A DNA stretch of 64,000 nt, from the NCBI GenBank assembly GCA_002256025.1, contig NKIB01012566.1, positions 1-64,000 of the forward strand. The letters are read 5' to 3'. The notes under the pieces were generated by a model. That model had not been told where the DNA came from and ran no database searches. It was given only the letters and a program-made list of their open reading frames with translations. The stretch comes from Asterionella formosa (lineage: Eukaryota). The translations under genes were made by a program, and so were the position numbers. Shown one piece after another: positions 25,529-37,620 of the stretch; position 1 is the stretch's first letter, and each line of letters begins with the position of its first letter.

Positions 25529-26219
25529 TAGTATGAACCCAAATTATTTATTTGGGTAATCATATTTGACTACCAGGTAGCGTTTTTTCTGGCTGTAGAT
25601 ATATTTAAACCCCAAAATTATTGCCGTTTTACGGATTTAAGCACGTTTTCAGGATTTCCCAGGAGTTGCAGTAAAACACGGTTTCTACCAGTACCGTTAG
25701 AGGGGGAACAGAGCCAAATTCCTAAAAGTTTACCAGTACCTCAATTTGCAAGGTACAGTGCTACCAGTTACACTCCCCAGCCCTGCCTGATTCTCGATGT
25801 CAAGAAACACCTCAGAACCACAGCCAGTCACATTGTTTGCGTTGTTCCCACGACTTCAACAGGAAACTTATCGTATTCATGTATGAATATTGTTTTCTTC
25901 AATCAAACGAAGGAGATTCGCCTTTGCAACACCACTACTGTACACCCGCTGTTAATAAGGTGTCAGTCTGCTCATCGTGCGAAAACCAAGGGGAAGCAAC
26001 AGTCGTTTCACACAGACATGGATGCAAAGGAGGGGAAGCAATGACACAGAATTCTTTTGACCTTGGCTGGCTGTCGTTTTGTGCGTGGTCATGGCATCAA
26101 AATTAGAAGCAGAACAATTTCCATTGTTACAACATATGTAGGCCGGTGCATGCGAATACCGGTACATAGAGTTGTTACATGCTTTCGAAGAGAAATTTTC
26201 TGTCTCGTCCTCTATACAG

Positions 26220-26435
26220 TATGCCGGTATATCTGGTACCTGGTACCTGGTACTCCGAGTACCTGTACCAGGGGTACCAGGGTACCTGGTACCAAGTACC
26301 GAGTGCCAGGTAGTACATACCGGTATACTCTCCCAGATATAAACAGTTCAAACGTCTCCGGGTTGACACCATGCTGAATACCGGTACCTGCTACCCTGGT
26401 ACCGGTGTACGATACTATGGTTCCATGGTATACCA
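26220..26435. repeat. GGTACC / CC(A/T)GGTA micro-array
   Basis: CTGGTACCTGGTACCTGGTAC...GGGTACCAGGGTACCTGGTACC. Similar arrays occur at 24955-25105, 33635-33785, 43260-43340, 47455-47476, 50461-50476 and 52764-52890. Confidence 0.85.
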
Positions 26436-26772
26436 GGTCTTCAATTCCTTCAGTCAGAACGAACGAACGAACGAACTCATTTCCATTGAAGAAGAATCCA
26501 TTTGTTCCGTGATCATTTTGTTCTGAACTGTAAATTGCATTGACCCCTGACAATATTCCCCCGAGGCCCTGAGATCAAACAAATCAAGTTGTCTCTCTGG
26601 CTAGTCAAGTGCACGTTTTAACTTTTACATCATAGCGAATTCCATTAAAAACATTGCAAGAAATTGTTTTGTGGGAATCGCTGATTCTTCCTTTTCCCTG
26701 CCAGAATTTTGATTAAGCTCACTGTCAATCAAAGGTTGAAACACCTCTGTATTATCCAAATAAATATATATC

Positions 26773-29700
26773 ATGAATGACGACCAGGTTCCTATCGAGG
26801 ATCAATGGAACGATCCATTTGATTCACTTTCAAACGTGCCCGAACACAACTTAATGTACTCAAGTCACAGCAGGTCCGCGCCAACAGTCGAGACAAGAAT
26901 AGGGAACGAATCTTTTGGGATTCCAACTGATACCGAATTTTTCGTCACAGTCCCTCATCAAGGCTCGCTCTGTCGAATTGATCTGACTACTAGCCCAAAC
27001 TCACCACTTTCATATCACTACATGATTGGAATATCCCTTGACAACGGCGAAACGCATGAGTTGCTCTTCGATCGTCAAGATTTCGAATTCATGTCTAGAA
27101 TATTTGCAATCCTAGACACTGAAAGCAGAGGCGTCGTTTGCATGTCAGCTTTACGAGAGTTTGTAACACTTCGTTGTCCTGTCTTTTGGAGAAGGGACGA
27201 CGATCTACGCAAACTCAACGTTAGCGGCGAGAATAGCCCAACCTTTGACGAAGTATGGACGGCTGTTGCGAAGTGTGGTAGTACTGCAGCGAAGCCCAGA
27301 ACAAATCTGAGTAACGTGAAACTGGGAGTTGAAGGTTGGATGGTATTTTGTAGATTCATTACTTTGGCGCAATACCTGGAAGCAAAACGACGATTCTCAG
27401 CTCGACATTTGCAGCAAACGATGAGACATCGAAATTCCCCCCGAGGAAGTGAAGTTGTAGTAATCGACGTTCCTCCCCCAGCGCCACCTACTGCGATAAC
27501 ACCTCTTCGCCTCGCAGATCATGAGAGAAACGGACAGTCACCGCTTCCACTTCCCGAATTGGATCTTGACCACAGTCTAATCACTGCTCACGATATAAGT
27601 CGACGTCGATCGTCTGCTAGCGAACACTCAGGCACAGTCAAAATTGCTTTGTTTGGGTCAAGGACAACCTCATCGAAGCTCTTGCCATCATCGAGTGGTT
27701 GCAACCTTGAATTTGCAATTACATATTCTCCGAAACGTGCCGTTAGCGACGACGTTATTGTTCGCCGGTCCCATTCAGATCTCAAATGGCTTAACCAGAC
27801 AATTCAGTCACACAAAGGGATTGGTGGGACCCTTTGTGGTCGCATTCTTCCTCCTTTTCCGGGGCAGTCAACGGCAACGTTGGCCTCGCAATTTCAGCCA
27901 GATGAAAACACGATCCAAACTGCGATCGATGGAACCGGTGCCGCCATGAAGGCAGCAGCAGCTGGTGTCGGAATGATCAAGAACGCTGCCAAATCTTTAT
28001 GGGGGAGTTACCTAACTAAATCGTCAAATTCCAATAAGAAAAGTGAAAGGGCTGAAGGGGGGATATCGTCGATAGGACCGAAGAAGAAGTCGTTTTCGAG
28101 AAGTGTGGCAATCCCAGAAAGCTATTACAATCCCAACTCACCAAATGGAAAGGCAAGGCAGCTCGAACGATATCTCAATTATCTTTTGGAACACCCAGCA
28201 CTGTCGACATCTTTCCCACTCAATACGATACTAAAGGTAAGGTATTGAGAGCGTGCATGTTTTCCCGATCTTTATGTCTTCTCAATCATACTTTTCCTTG
28301 CCAGGCAAGTCAATCCGGACTAGAGGCGGCAAAACTCTTTCTTGCCGATCATGCGACGCAATCGAAGAGTTTAAGGTTACAAAATTCACAAGTGGTCGAT
28401 GGTAAATCGTCCCTACAATTTTGGTCACTCCAATCAAGCTTTTCAGAGCATGATCATCATCCAAACTTATCTTGGGTGAGGACGGCTGCACAGGCTGCTC
28501 TTGCATTGAAAGTCCATGGACTTTTGGAAACAACTGGACTTCCTTCTGCTAGCGCTAGATTGCAGCATGCTTCTCTTCCAATTTTTGATAATGCGAACAG
28601 ATGCGCGGGTTGGTCAGACGAAGAGTCGGCCCTGGCTAAAGTAGTCCCAGCAGAAGCCTCTGGCGACGACAATGCAGAAAGCTTTGAACATGGAGTTGTC
28701 CACGTCGAAAGTGAACTGGCAGATAATCTGACATCTGAAGATGATGGTTATGATATGCTTCCATTACCAATCCCAGCTCCAGAAAGAAGAATTCTCTGTG
28801 CAGGTAGTTTAACAGGTACCATTGAAGACTCGTGTGGTGTGGCCATCGCGGCATCTAGTTCCGTCCGGGACCAATCCAGTCGTTTTCACTATGGAAATGG
28901 CCAGGGTGATCATATACATTCCAGTGATCAGTCTGAAGTTGAGTCGGCGTTTTTGGGCGACTTCTCTGTTGACGATAATATCGACAAACTTCGAGAGGTT
29001 ATTGGTTCTGTTGACAACACGCTTTCGCGATGCTTATCGGCAATCGCAGGTATCGGCGAGGCGCGCGAAGAACGTCTATTTTTCCATCTAGAGCTGGTTC
29101 AAGGGTTTGATTCCTGGGAAGGCCTCCGAGGACGATTTGTTTCACAGCGTGCATTACTCAAGGGTGTCGCTGGACTTGAACAGAGTAAGGAAGTCTTTGA
29201 AGAAAGTGACCTTGAAATGATTGATGGTAAGTTGAATCACGTCAAGAGTAGCATTTTGAAATGAAACAATGCTAACATCATCCATGATGCCAATCTCTAG
29301 ACCTATCATGGCAAGCTTCATTAGCGAGCTCAGCAGTGTCAGCCGCAGAAGATGTCAGATCGACGGTTCGTGCAGCTAAAACTGCATCAAATGCGAAGGC
29401 TGTGGCTGACGCTGCGGCCTTTACTGCCCAGAGTGCTTGCGAGGGGGAGCGATTTCCCTCTATAGATGAGGCTCGGGCTGCTCACACCCGATCCTCCATT
29501 GCCCAAAGTCATGCAATCCATGCTGCTGTTGTAGAGCATGAAGCAACAACTGCAAAACGTCGAGCAGCTCTTGGGCTTGCACATGACGTAAAATGCTGGA
29601 ACGTGCATCGAAAGCGTGAACTCCTGAGATCCTGTATCTCCCACGCTAGATCTCAGCATGTAGCTACCCGACGTGCTGTCGACGCATGGTCATGCCTCCG

Positions 29701-30208
29701 AGACGGGTATCTGGGATCAACGTTAATTCCATGTACCGAAACACGAGTGAACCGATTTCAATTGGATATCGCAGCAGGAAACATTCTAGCCAGCGCCCAA
29801 GAAGAAGTTGATGACGATGACGAGGTCCATGCACAGGTCTATTCAGACATTGCCCCTGGAATGGCCAGTGCACTTTCATCGCCTACCATAGAAGCTATAG
29901 AACACATGACTCTTGCCAGCTCTCCATTACCAGCGATGACCTTGGATGTGTGGGAAGGCAAAATATCCCCTTCAATCCTTGACAACATTTTACCATTTGT
30001 TGACGCTGCTCCTATTCCAGAGGAAGAGCCTCATGATTTATTGGCAAGTAGCTCTCCTGATGACGAAGATAATCCATTAACAGCTTCGATGCAAAGTTTG
30101 GTCAATGGATTGATGACATGGGGAGGACAATTCGATTCGGACGAAGATTTCTGCTTGCCGGCTGGGATGGCAACAAGTATTGTGATGGAACAAAGTGAAT
30201 TCCACTAG
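26773..30208 (+). CDS. PX-domain (sorting nexin-like) protein with an N-terminal EF-hand-like motif and helical C-terminus; join(26773..28236, 28305..29226, 29301..30208), about 1097 aa
   Basis: Two GT-AG introns keep the frame. PX motifs VRRSHSDLKWL, ILPPFP and RQLERYLNYLLEHPAL. EF-hand-like IFAILDTESRGVVCMSALREF. Confidence 0.8.
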
Positions 30209-30889
30209 AATTCATTTTTTCGCGAGGCATCTACACATAAACAAAACTTCTCAAAGTAATATGATTATCTGGACAAATAAATGTGTGCTTTTGTTGTTGA
30301 ACTGATTATGTCATCCCATGAGGTGAAAGCCACAAAAGCTCTAACATTCTTGAACATTCTCAATAGATGCTGACTTAAAGGCATTGGTGCTTTCTCCAAT
30401 GATTATAGCACCAGAAAGAAAAGAGGCCTTAGCAACAAAGGATCTCCAAGTAAACACATGTTCAGCATGTGTCAACGAACATACTAGACTGGCTGCAAGA
30501 GCCAAAAATCGAAGACAAGAGCATTGTAAACCTTTTGTTAATGCCAAGTTGCTGAAATACAAGTAAATCTATTAATCCTCTCCACAAATTCTTCCAGTAT
30601 ACATTGGGGTTTTCTATTAGGACATCGCAGCTATTACAATACAGTCCATGAAGATACCGGATAAGACAGGGTAATTTGTAAATCATATCGTATATTATGA
30701 CTGAGGTTCTGCTAAAGTAAATTATTTCTTATCGAAACACGTTCTGATAAGCGAACCAAGCTGGGGATATGACATCAAAAAGCATCTGAGCATCTTTTTT
30801 CTGATAAACAACCCAGAAAAGAGGCATTTTTATCTTTATCAGCCAAATCGAGATTCAGGGATTTTGCTTTTAAAACGTGATGTGCCATA

Positions 30890-31510
30890 ATCCTAGAAGC
30901 TCTTGAGAACAAGAAGCTACAAGATAAAGTGAAGGAAATGAATGATGGCAAATGCAAAGTCGAAGTGCTCTGGCTTGTTCATCAGATCAACAGGCAGTGA
31001 TCATACTACACCTTTCAACAAATTACAAAATCTGTATTTGATTAATTTGTCAGACAGAAAATTGTAGACAGTGCCTTAATGGCCAAGTTGACGAAACCAG
31101 GATACAAACGATTGCGCTGCTTGACATTTGTGATCAATGCACCAACTATAAGTTTGGCACTACCAGCCTGTGTCATGTCCCATGTTAGGATTGATCCAAA
31201 GAACAAAAGAAACACAGGACCCAGCAACTGGTTGCCGAGGATGTGCCTCTGGGAAAGGGGCGGGGCCATGAAACATTTTTGGTAACAAGTATAGGCAGCA
31301 CTTGCCTGCTGTAAAAGTTGTGAGGGAAACAAGAATGGAAGGAATCAAGGCCACAGCAAAGAAATCTGGAGAGAAACCGGACAATGGAAGTGAAGATGAG
31401 ACAGATGAAGGCGGAGACAAAGAGGCAGACAACGAAGACGATTATAGACCAACACCAGCTGCTGGAGTATGGGCAGGATCCAAAAAGTTAGAGTATGAGG
31501 CAGATGCCAC
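30890..31510 (+). pseudogene. BUD31: BUD31/G10 splicing-factor pseudogene
   Basis: ILEALENKKLQDKVKEMNDGKCKVEVLWLVHQINRQ*...FD*FVRQKIVDSALMAKLTKPGYKRLRCL / NYKFGTTSLCHVP / TGCRGCASG follows the G10 consensus, with stops and frameshifts. Confidence 0.85.
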
Positions 31511-32595
31511 TTACAAGTTTTATCAGAAATTTCATCAGAAATGTTTTATTTTTATGAGCCATAAGGAAATGAACCTGATGCTCATTATCCATAAAGGGCC
31601 GTTCTTATCATTCTGTCATTGGTTGTCATTGGTGTATCATCTCTGGGTTTTGTTTCGAAAATGGCAGTTTGTTTCATAATTTTATCTCCAATTGTCTTTT
31701 GGTCTGATCACCAGTGTATCATGGGTATGTCATGCGCGCACTGATACAGTTTTCGGACCCCAGAATAATGCTACATCATTGATTCAGCCATTGATCACTG
31801 TATATCACATCCATTGTCACTGATAAAGTAACTATAAACATGCCAGCGCCAACTATATAATTTATTTTGTTGATGGGAAAATCAACATCAGCATAACAAT
31901 GCAACATGAAAATACCACTGGTCCTATGATTGTATCATTTTAGTCTTATTAGTAGTCATAGCTTCAGTCGTTGCTGGAACAAATCAATATTTCTATTTGC
32001 ATTCCTACTATAAATTGACAAATATTCTTTTACATCGTAGATTCGTAATTTCTTGAGGCATTTTGAAAGATATATCTATATTTCTTTCTCTATTGCATCG
32101 TTCATACAATGATATATTAGACCTCAAAGGCGCAGAGACTCATTTGCCATTTTGATGGAGAAATGGCCAATTATCAACATGGTCAATGCGTTGACAACAT
32201 GTTGACGAGTCTCGCAGTGCTGGTACCAGTAGCATGTATACACAGGCTCTGTCACATGCTATATTTGTTATTGCATCATTCCGGATATTTTTATTTAGGA
32301 ACTCATTTGCATATGACTGCTCAGAGATATTTGGATGTTCAAAGCTGGCCTCTTACCGAAAAAAATCCATGTTACTCCATGATACACTGTCATACAAATT
32401 AGTGATACTGTGTCAAGTTTGGAATGAATGAAATTCAGCTCAAATCAAGTTACTGTTGCTGATACATTTTCAAAACAATTCAAATTTAGTGATCGAAGAT
32501 GAAAAATGATAACAATGGCCCTAAGTGCAACCAATAATATTCATTTCACATGTATCAGCCCAGCTGAATGGTGATGTGGTGCAAATTCTGTGGTA

Positions 32596-32770
32596 CCAGT
32601 TAAAAACTGTAAGCTACCGTTATTTTACTCCATTTTCCGACTGAAAATTTTTAAGTAATTTATCAATCGAAACCTGATGCAAGTACAAATAGTAGCTATG
32701 TTAGACGATGCACTCTTCTCAATGAATAAGTAATCAATTTTGATTCAGTGTAGAGAGCCATGAAGACCAA
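32596..32770. mobile_element. TIR family B terminus
   Basis: TA|CCAGTTAAAAACTGTAAGCTACCG is the reverse complement of the end at 3517-3540 with one mismatch, and is homologous to 13930-14070. Confidence 0.7.
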
Positions 32771-33914
32771 GTCAATTACTGGTAGGTATGTGTATGTATA
32801 ATATACATATACCCAAAATGAAGTGAAAGCAATCAATGTATAGCTAATAAAAAATGGTGAAGAAATAATGTAACTACACTAGTGCGAAATCATGCATCTG
32901 TGTAATGATAACCTAAATACGTAGCTACTAGCTGTGTGTGATCACCATTATGATGATCAGCAGATATCAGTTGATTGGCAATCTAATCTGTGGCACTGTT
33001 CTATCTGGAATAAATACCTCATACATTTTGTCAATTTGCAATGTGGCAGTCATCATACTATCCCACACAACGCTTTGCCAAGCAACAATACTCCGCCTTT
33101 CTTACTCTATCCTGCTCAACCCTTGTAACATTTTTAGCCACCTTACAAACCAAATTCCAACTTTTTGCATTCCTACCAAAGAACAAATAGTCTTTGGTGT
33201 AACAGAAAGACTACAATACTGACAGAATTGCTTCCTCCCTCCTACCTCTTCGATGCACATCCTGCATCATTTCTGTTGTTTCATCAACTTGTTAATTGTC
33301 GAAAACTTCTTCAAACACCACATTTGAGGCATTTCTGGACTCTCAATCATCATTCTGCATACTTGTCACTTCTGCTACCACCAATGATACTAGTAGTCTG
33401 GAGTCAAAACTCCTTCAAGAAGACAAGAGTCAACTGGCTGATATCATCCACCGTAGTTTCAAAACTAGGCGACATTGCATCTCGATCTGCTGGGAGTACA
33501 ACCCAAGTACCGGTATATAGTTCCAAAAACAAACTGGCAGCTTAGACTTCCCTCCTTCACCTGCTGTTGGTGTCCCATCACTCACACCGTCCTCTCCTTA
33601 CCTGCAGGTATGAAGTAACCGCTGCTGCATACCGAGTACCAGGGTACCAGACCCTGGTACCACGTACCAATAGGACATGAATGAGGATGGGTTTTAAATT
33701 TTGTGTACGACCGGTACCAGGTACCAGGTGGTACCAGGTACCAATATACCAATTACGGAACTGGTACCTGGTACCAGGTACTGGATATTCCTTTGTTCCT
33801 CAGACTACATTATCATCATTGCTCTAAGACGAAATGCAGTTTGTTGATGATAGTAACGACTTTTCTTTCTGCTGAACCAATCCATCCCTATTACTACCTA
33901 GCAATAGATACGTC

Positions 33915-34690
33915 ATGCCTGCTTCTGTAGCACCTGAATCTGGTGACATTGGAACGCCATCAAAAGGAATTGGAAGAAAGTCGTTGATCCGTTATGATGC
34001 GGAATCAGTGCGACTCTTCATTGCAACGGTGTGAGTTTTTGGATTGAATTGATTTCAAAAGTTTCTATATCGCGACACAAGCATCAACCCATTATTGTGC
34101 TAATATGGTTTCTCACTTTATCAGCCTTCATAGAATGAGTCAGCGAGTCACTGTCGATACATTAAGACCCCTTCCTATGTTTTTAGGTATTACTGGCCCA
34201 TCATTTTGAGTGTCCGCAGAAGCTTTTAGTCCTCCCGTCAAACAAGTTTCCAAGCAATCTTGGGAAAATTTTCGCTCAGGAGTGTCTCTGAATATGACCT
34301 TCTTTCTGTCCAACTACGCCCTAGTTGCCTTTGGTGTTGCATTAGTTGTCGCCCTCTTGCATCCCGGCATGCTCCTTCTTGTTGGTATTGTTTGTTCCCT
34401 TTGGTGGTTGCATGAATACTTGATTACTCATAAGCTGAAAATATTCGAACGTAACATTGGACAAATTGTATCCATCAATCAGCGTAGTACTATCTTGACC
34501 ACCATATCTCTCTTTACAATTATTTATTGGTGCTTGATGCCCTTTTTGACATTTGTTGCTGTGAGCGGGGTGATAATACTTTCTCATGCCATAATGAGAG
34601 ACCCAAAGCATGTTGAACGGTCAAACAATTTCATTCAAGATGATGGAGACTCAGAGGAGGAAGTCATGGTGGAGCGGGGTGATGTTATAT
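33915..34690 (+). CDS. PRA1-family (prenylated Rab acceptor) membrane protein; exons 33915..34030 and 34125..about 34690, in-frame TGA at 34207, 3' end obscured by gap
   Basis: LRPLPMFLG, AFSPP, LNMTFFLSNYALV, LLHP and ILSHAIMRDP motifs with two hydrophobic hairpins. Phase-2 intron GTGAGT...ATCAG. Confidence 0.75.
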
Positions 34691-34691
34691 T

Positions 34692-34742
34692 GGGGGGGGG
34701 GGGTGGGAATGGCAACCAGTATAAGCANNNNNNNNNNCCCAC

Positions 34743-34776
<34 letters not shown>

Positions 34777-34806
34777 CCCCCCCCCCCCCCCCCCCGCCCC
34801 CCCCCC
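34692..34806. other. Assembly gap with poly-G/poly-C low-quality flanks
   Basis: Ten Ns, homopolymer runs, and GAATG...ACCAGTATAAGCA duplicated on both sides of the gap. Confidence 0.9.
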
Positions 34807-37620
34807 GAGAATGACTACCAGTATAAGCACATTGATGAATGATGCCACAGATTAGGCGTTTGGCCTTGTAGCCTATCTTGCAAATTCAGCTCACTGAGGA
34901 TGGTTCAGGAGTAAGATCAAGGCAACTTATATGATGCAATCCATTGGCCACTTTAAATTACTTGTATATTTACTACTTGAGGTGTGAGTAGCTCATTGCA
35001 TGTCATAGTCACATTGTCGCAACTTTTTAACAGAAGATTCTTTCAAAGAATCATTTAAATAATTGAGTTGCATTGATGAAAAATACGTGTGTTATTCTGG
35101 AAGACAGAGGAGTATCATTCATCTACAACGGAAGGCTCAAAACCGGTTCATATTGCACAATGCCCAGGACTCAGTACGCAAAGATCAACATTGTACAAAG
35201 TGTAGTGAGTATCATTTTTCTCTCTAAACTACATGGTGGCCTACTATAGCCCTTTGCTACTCCTCACAAGAAAACGAAGATAATGCATACATATGACCTC
35301 AGAATAGTATTCGAACCAGGTGCATGCATGGTACTCACTTTTATCACCTCGCTGATAGGCTCCTGGATTCCAAGTAACAGAACAAGGGAACATGTAGAAA
35401 TATTACATAGGCTCGATTTCAATCTTAAACATTACCAAGACACTGAATGCCAATGGGAAAACGGCCAGATTCTCCTCTGATTCTCCAATTTGGCAATCTG
35501 GAGCGACACTTTTTTAACTTCTTCGATTCCACTTATTGCCAAGTTTCGAAAACAGAATTACGATGCTTCCAATGCCAATCGACCCTATGATGTCACTACC
35601 AAGTCAAATTAGAACCAATGGTACGCTCCCATTTATGGAACCTAAATAGTACTGGTGTTGGCCGACACTTTGGACATTTGGAAATGAGAGCCAGTCAGTA
35701 TACAAGATATTCCTTGGCATGAGAAGAAACTCCGAACAGCTGGGGAGGTTTCATGAATGGTTTTATGGATACAAGTAAGAATGAACTGAGCTGGGCCAGC
35801 GCCTATCCAAGACAGATCTTGGAGACCAATCTTCGAAATTCGACAATGATGATTAAAGGAGCTCTGATTGGCGCAGGCAAGACAGCCACTACAAAGGAGG
35901 AAAATCCGGATATGGTATCCACTGCATGTCAAAGAAAATAAAAACTTTAGAATTAAAAAAGCTACAAAGTGATTGTGTCAATGGGAGAGGGACATGATGT
36001 TAGCAGAGCCCTCAAGTGGAATTTGATGAGTACATCCAACAGTGTTTTGACATCATCACCAACAAAAAATCTTTGCCATGGAAAAATTACTGGAATTTTC
36101 CTGTTTCCTGGTAACACTAGATGACTCTGTTCTTGTGAATCTAAGTAATTTGTTATTGCCATGCATAATTTGATCAAGATAGGACACCTAGTATGAAGAG
36201 AATGTCTAAACTGTTTCAATACTGTCCTTGAAAGTACCAAACAAACCAGGATAATTCATAAATTGAAGCCTGTATTATGAGTGGCTGATCATCTAAATGC
36301 AATCAGAAATCACACCTTAAGGGGGATTGCTTAGTTCGTTAGCACGCCTTCCAAGGTTTCTGCATTCTCCACCTTTCTTTCTTTTCATGCAGTCCTTAGG
36401 GTTCCGGGTATGTGGATAATACAAAAAAGACAAGTCCCATCACACCGTACAGATGAATAAAACCGGTACTGATCCCTACATTCCAGCACCCGAAGTCACT
36501 ACTTTTGTTGGGATGATACTGGGTTGGTAAGTATGTATATGAACACCAGGGCTGGCAATGCCAGGAATCGCTACACGGTCTACCCTGCTAGTAAAAGAGT
36601 AGTCTTAAAAGCGCTTGATATAGAAAGTAAGTTAAATTATAATAACACCTTCATATATATCAGCTGATGGGTGTTGTAACAAAATCTATGGCTTCAGAAT
36701 ATATCCCACCTTATCTTGTGGCTCATACTGATGCATCCATAATACTGTCCCCCAAAATCCTTGGGGAGCTATATTTCCTTCCTGATTACTTATGACAATT
36801 ATGTGCAACAAATAGCAGACTGGCTGTCTGTGTGTGCCACTTTATTATCAATAGCTTGTGGAATTCAATCAAGAATAGCTAGACAATGAAACAATAAAAT
36901 ATGAGATCCAACTCCAATATCAAAAGACTTTGGTATCTGAAAGGACAATCAATACTTTCATTGCAGTGAAGCCATCTGGAAAGTGTCAGATATCCTCATA
37001 GCTAGTCCCCTACTACTTTCATGTCTCATTATAAGCATGTCCTGCAACATTCCTTTTTAGGCCTGGTCATTACAGATTCTTGCTTATTTATTCAACTAGC
37101 GGCTTCAACACTATGATTCCTGTCATATTATTCTTCGTATACTCATTCATTCATTTAGCTGAGCTTGCTAAATCATCATCCAGCTCATTAATCATTAGTC
37201 ATTAAAAGAATATATACAGTAATTGAGTCACCACAGCCATCAGGATATAGCTCCACCAAGAATTCAACCTCCTCTCTCGGTGGTGCATTGATTGGAAAGG
37301 CATATAATGATAAGGAATCCATGTATAGTAACACCCCTGATTTTGATGGATTCAGGGTATTGATCCATCAACAAGAACGGAAAAACCACCGCATCCCGAT
37401 TTACGTACCGGTTGGCATCATGCATGATGGACAAACGATTATCTCTGGTACAGGTAGTAAGTATAATGGATGATTAGACCAAATCATTAGATTCACTACC
37501 CGGTAGTAATTATGATACGTGATACTCCAGCCACATTACAGGAAATAGACTTGTCGAAACATTGGCGAAAACCCCTCAACACCCAGCGATCATCATTGAC
37601 TACATCGAAAGTTCCGCACC

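Noticed and set aside
26057..26553. ORFs rich in VPGT/WYQV, also at 33703 and 47338
   Set aside because: Produced by the GGTACC arrays.
34692..34842. Poly-Gly/poly-Pro tail on PRA1 or a G-quadruplex
   Set aside because: It spans Ns with duplicated flanks, so it is most likely an assembly artefact.
35283..36000. Possible decayed helicase-associated (HA) domain gene
   Set aside because: Only a faint resemblance (EHVEILHRLDF...QWE) amid many stops.
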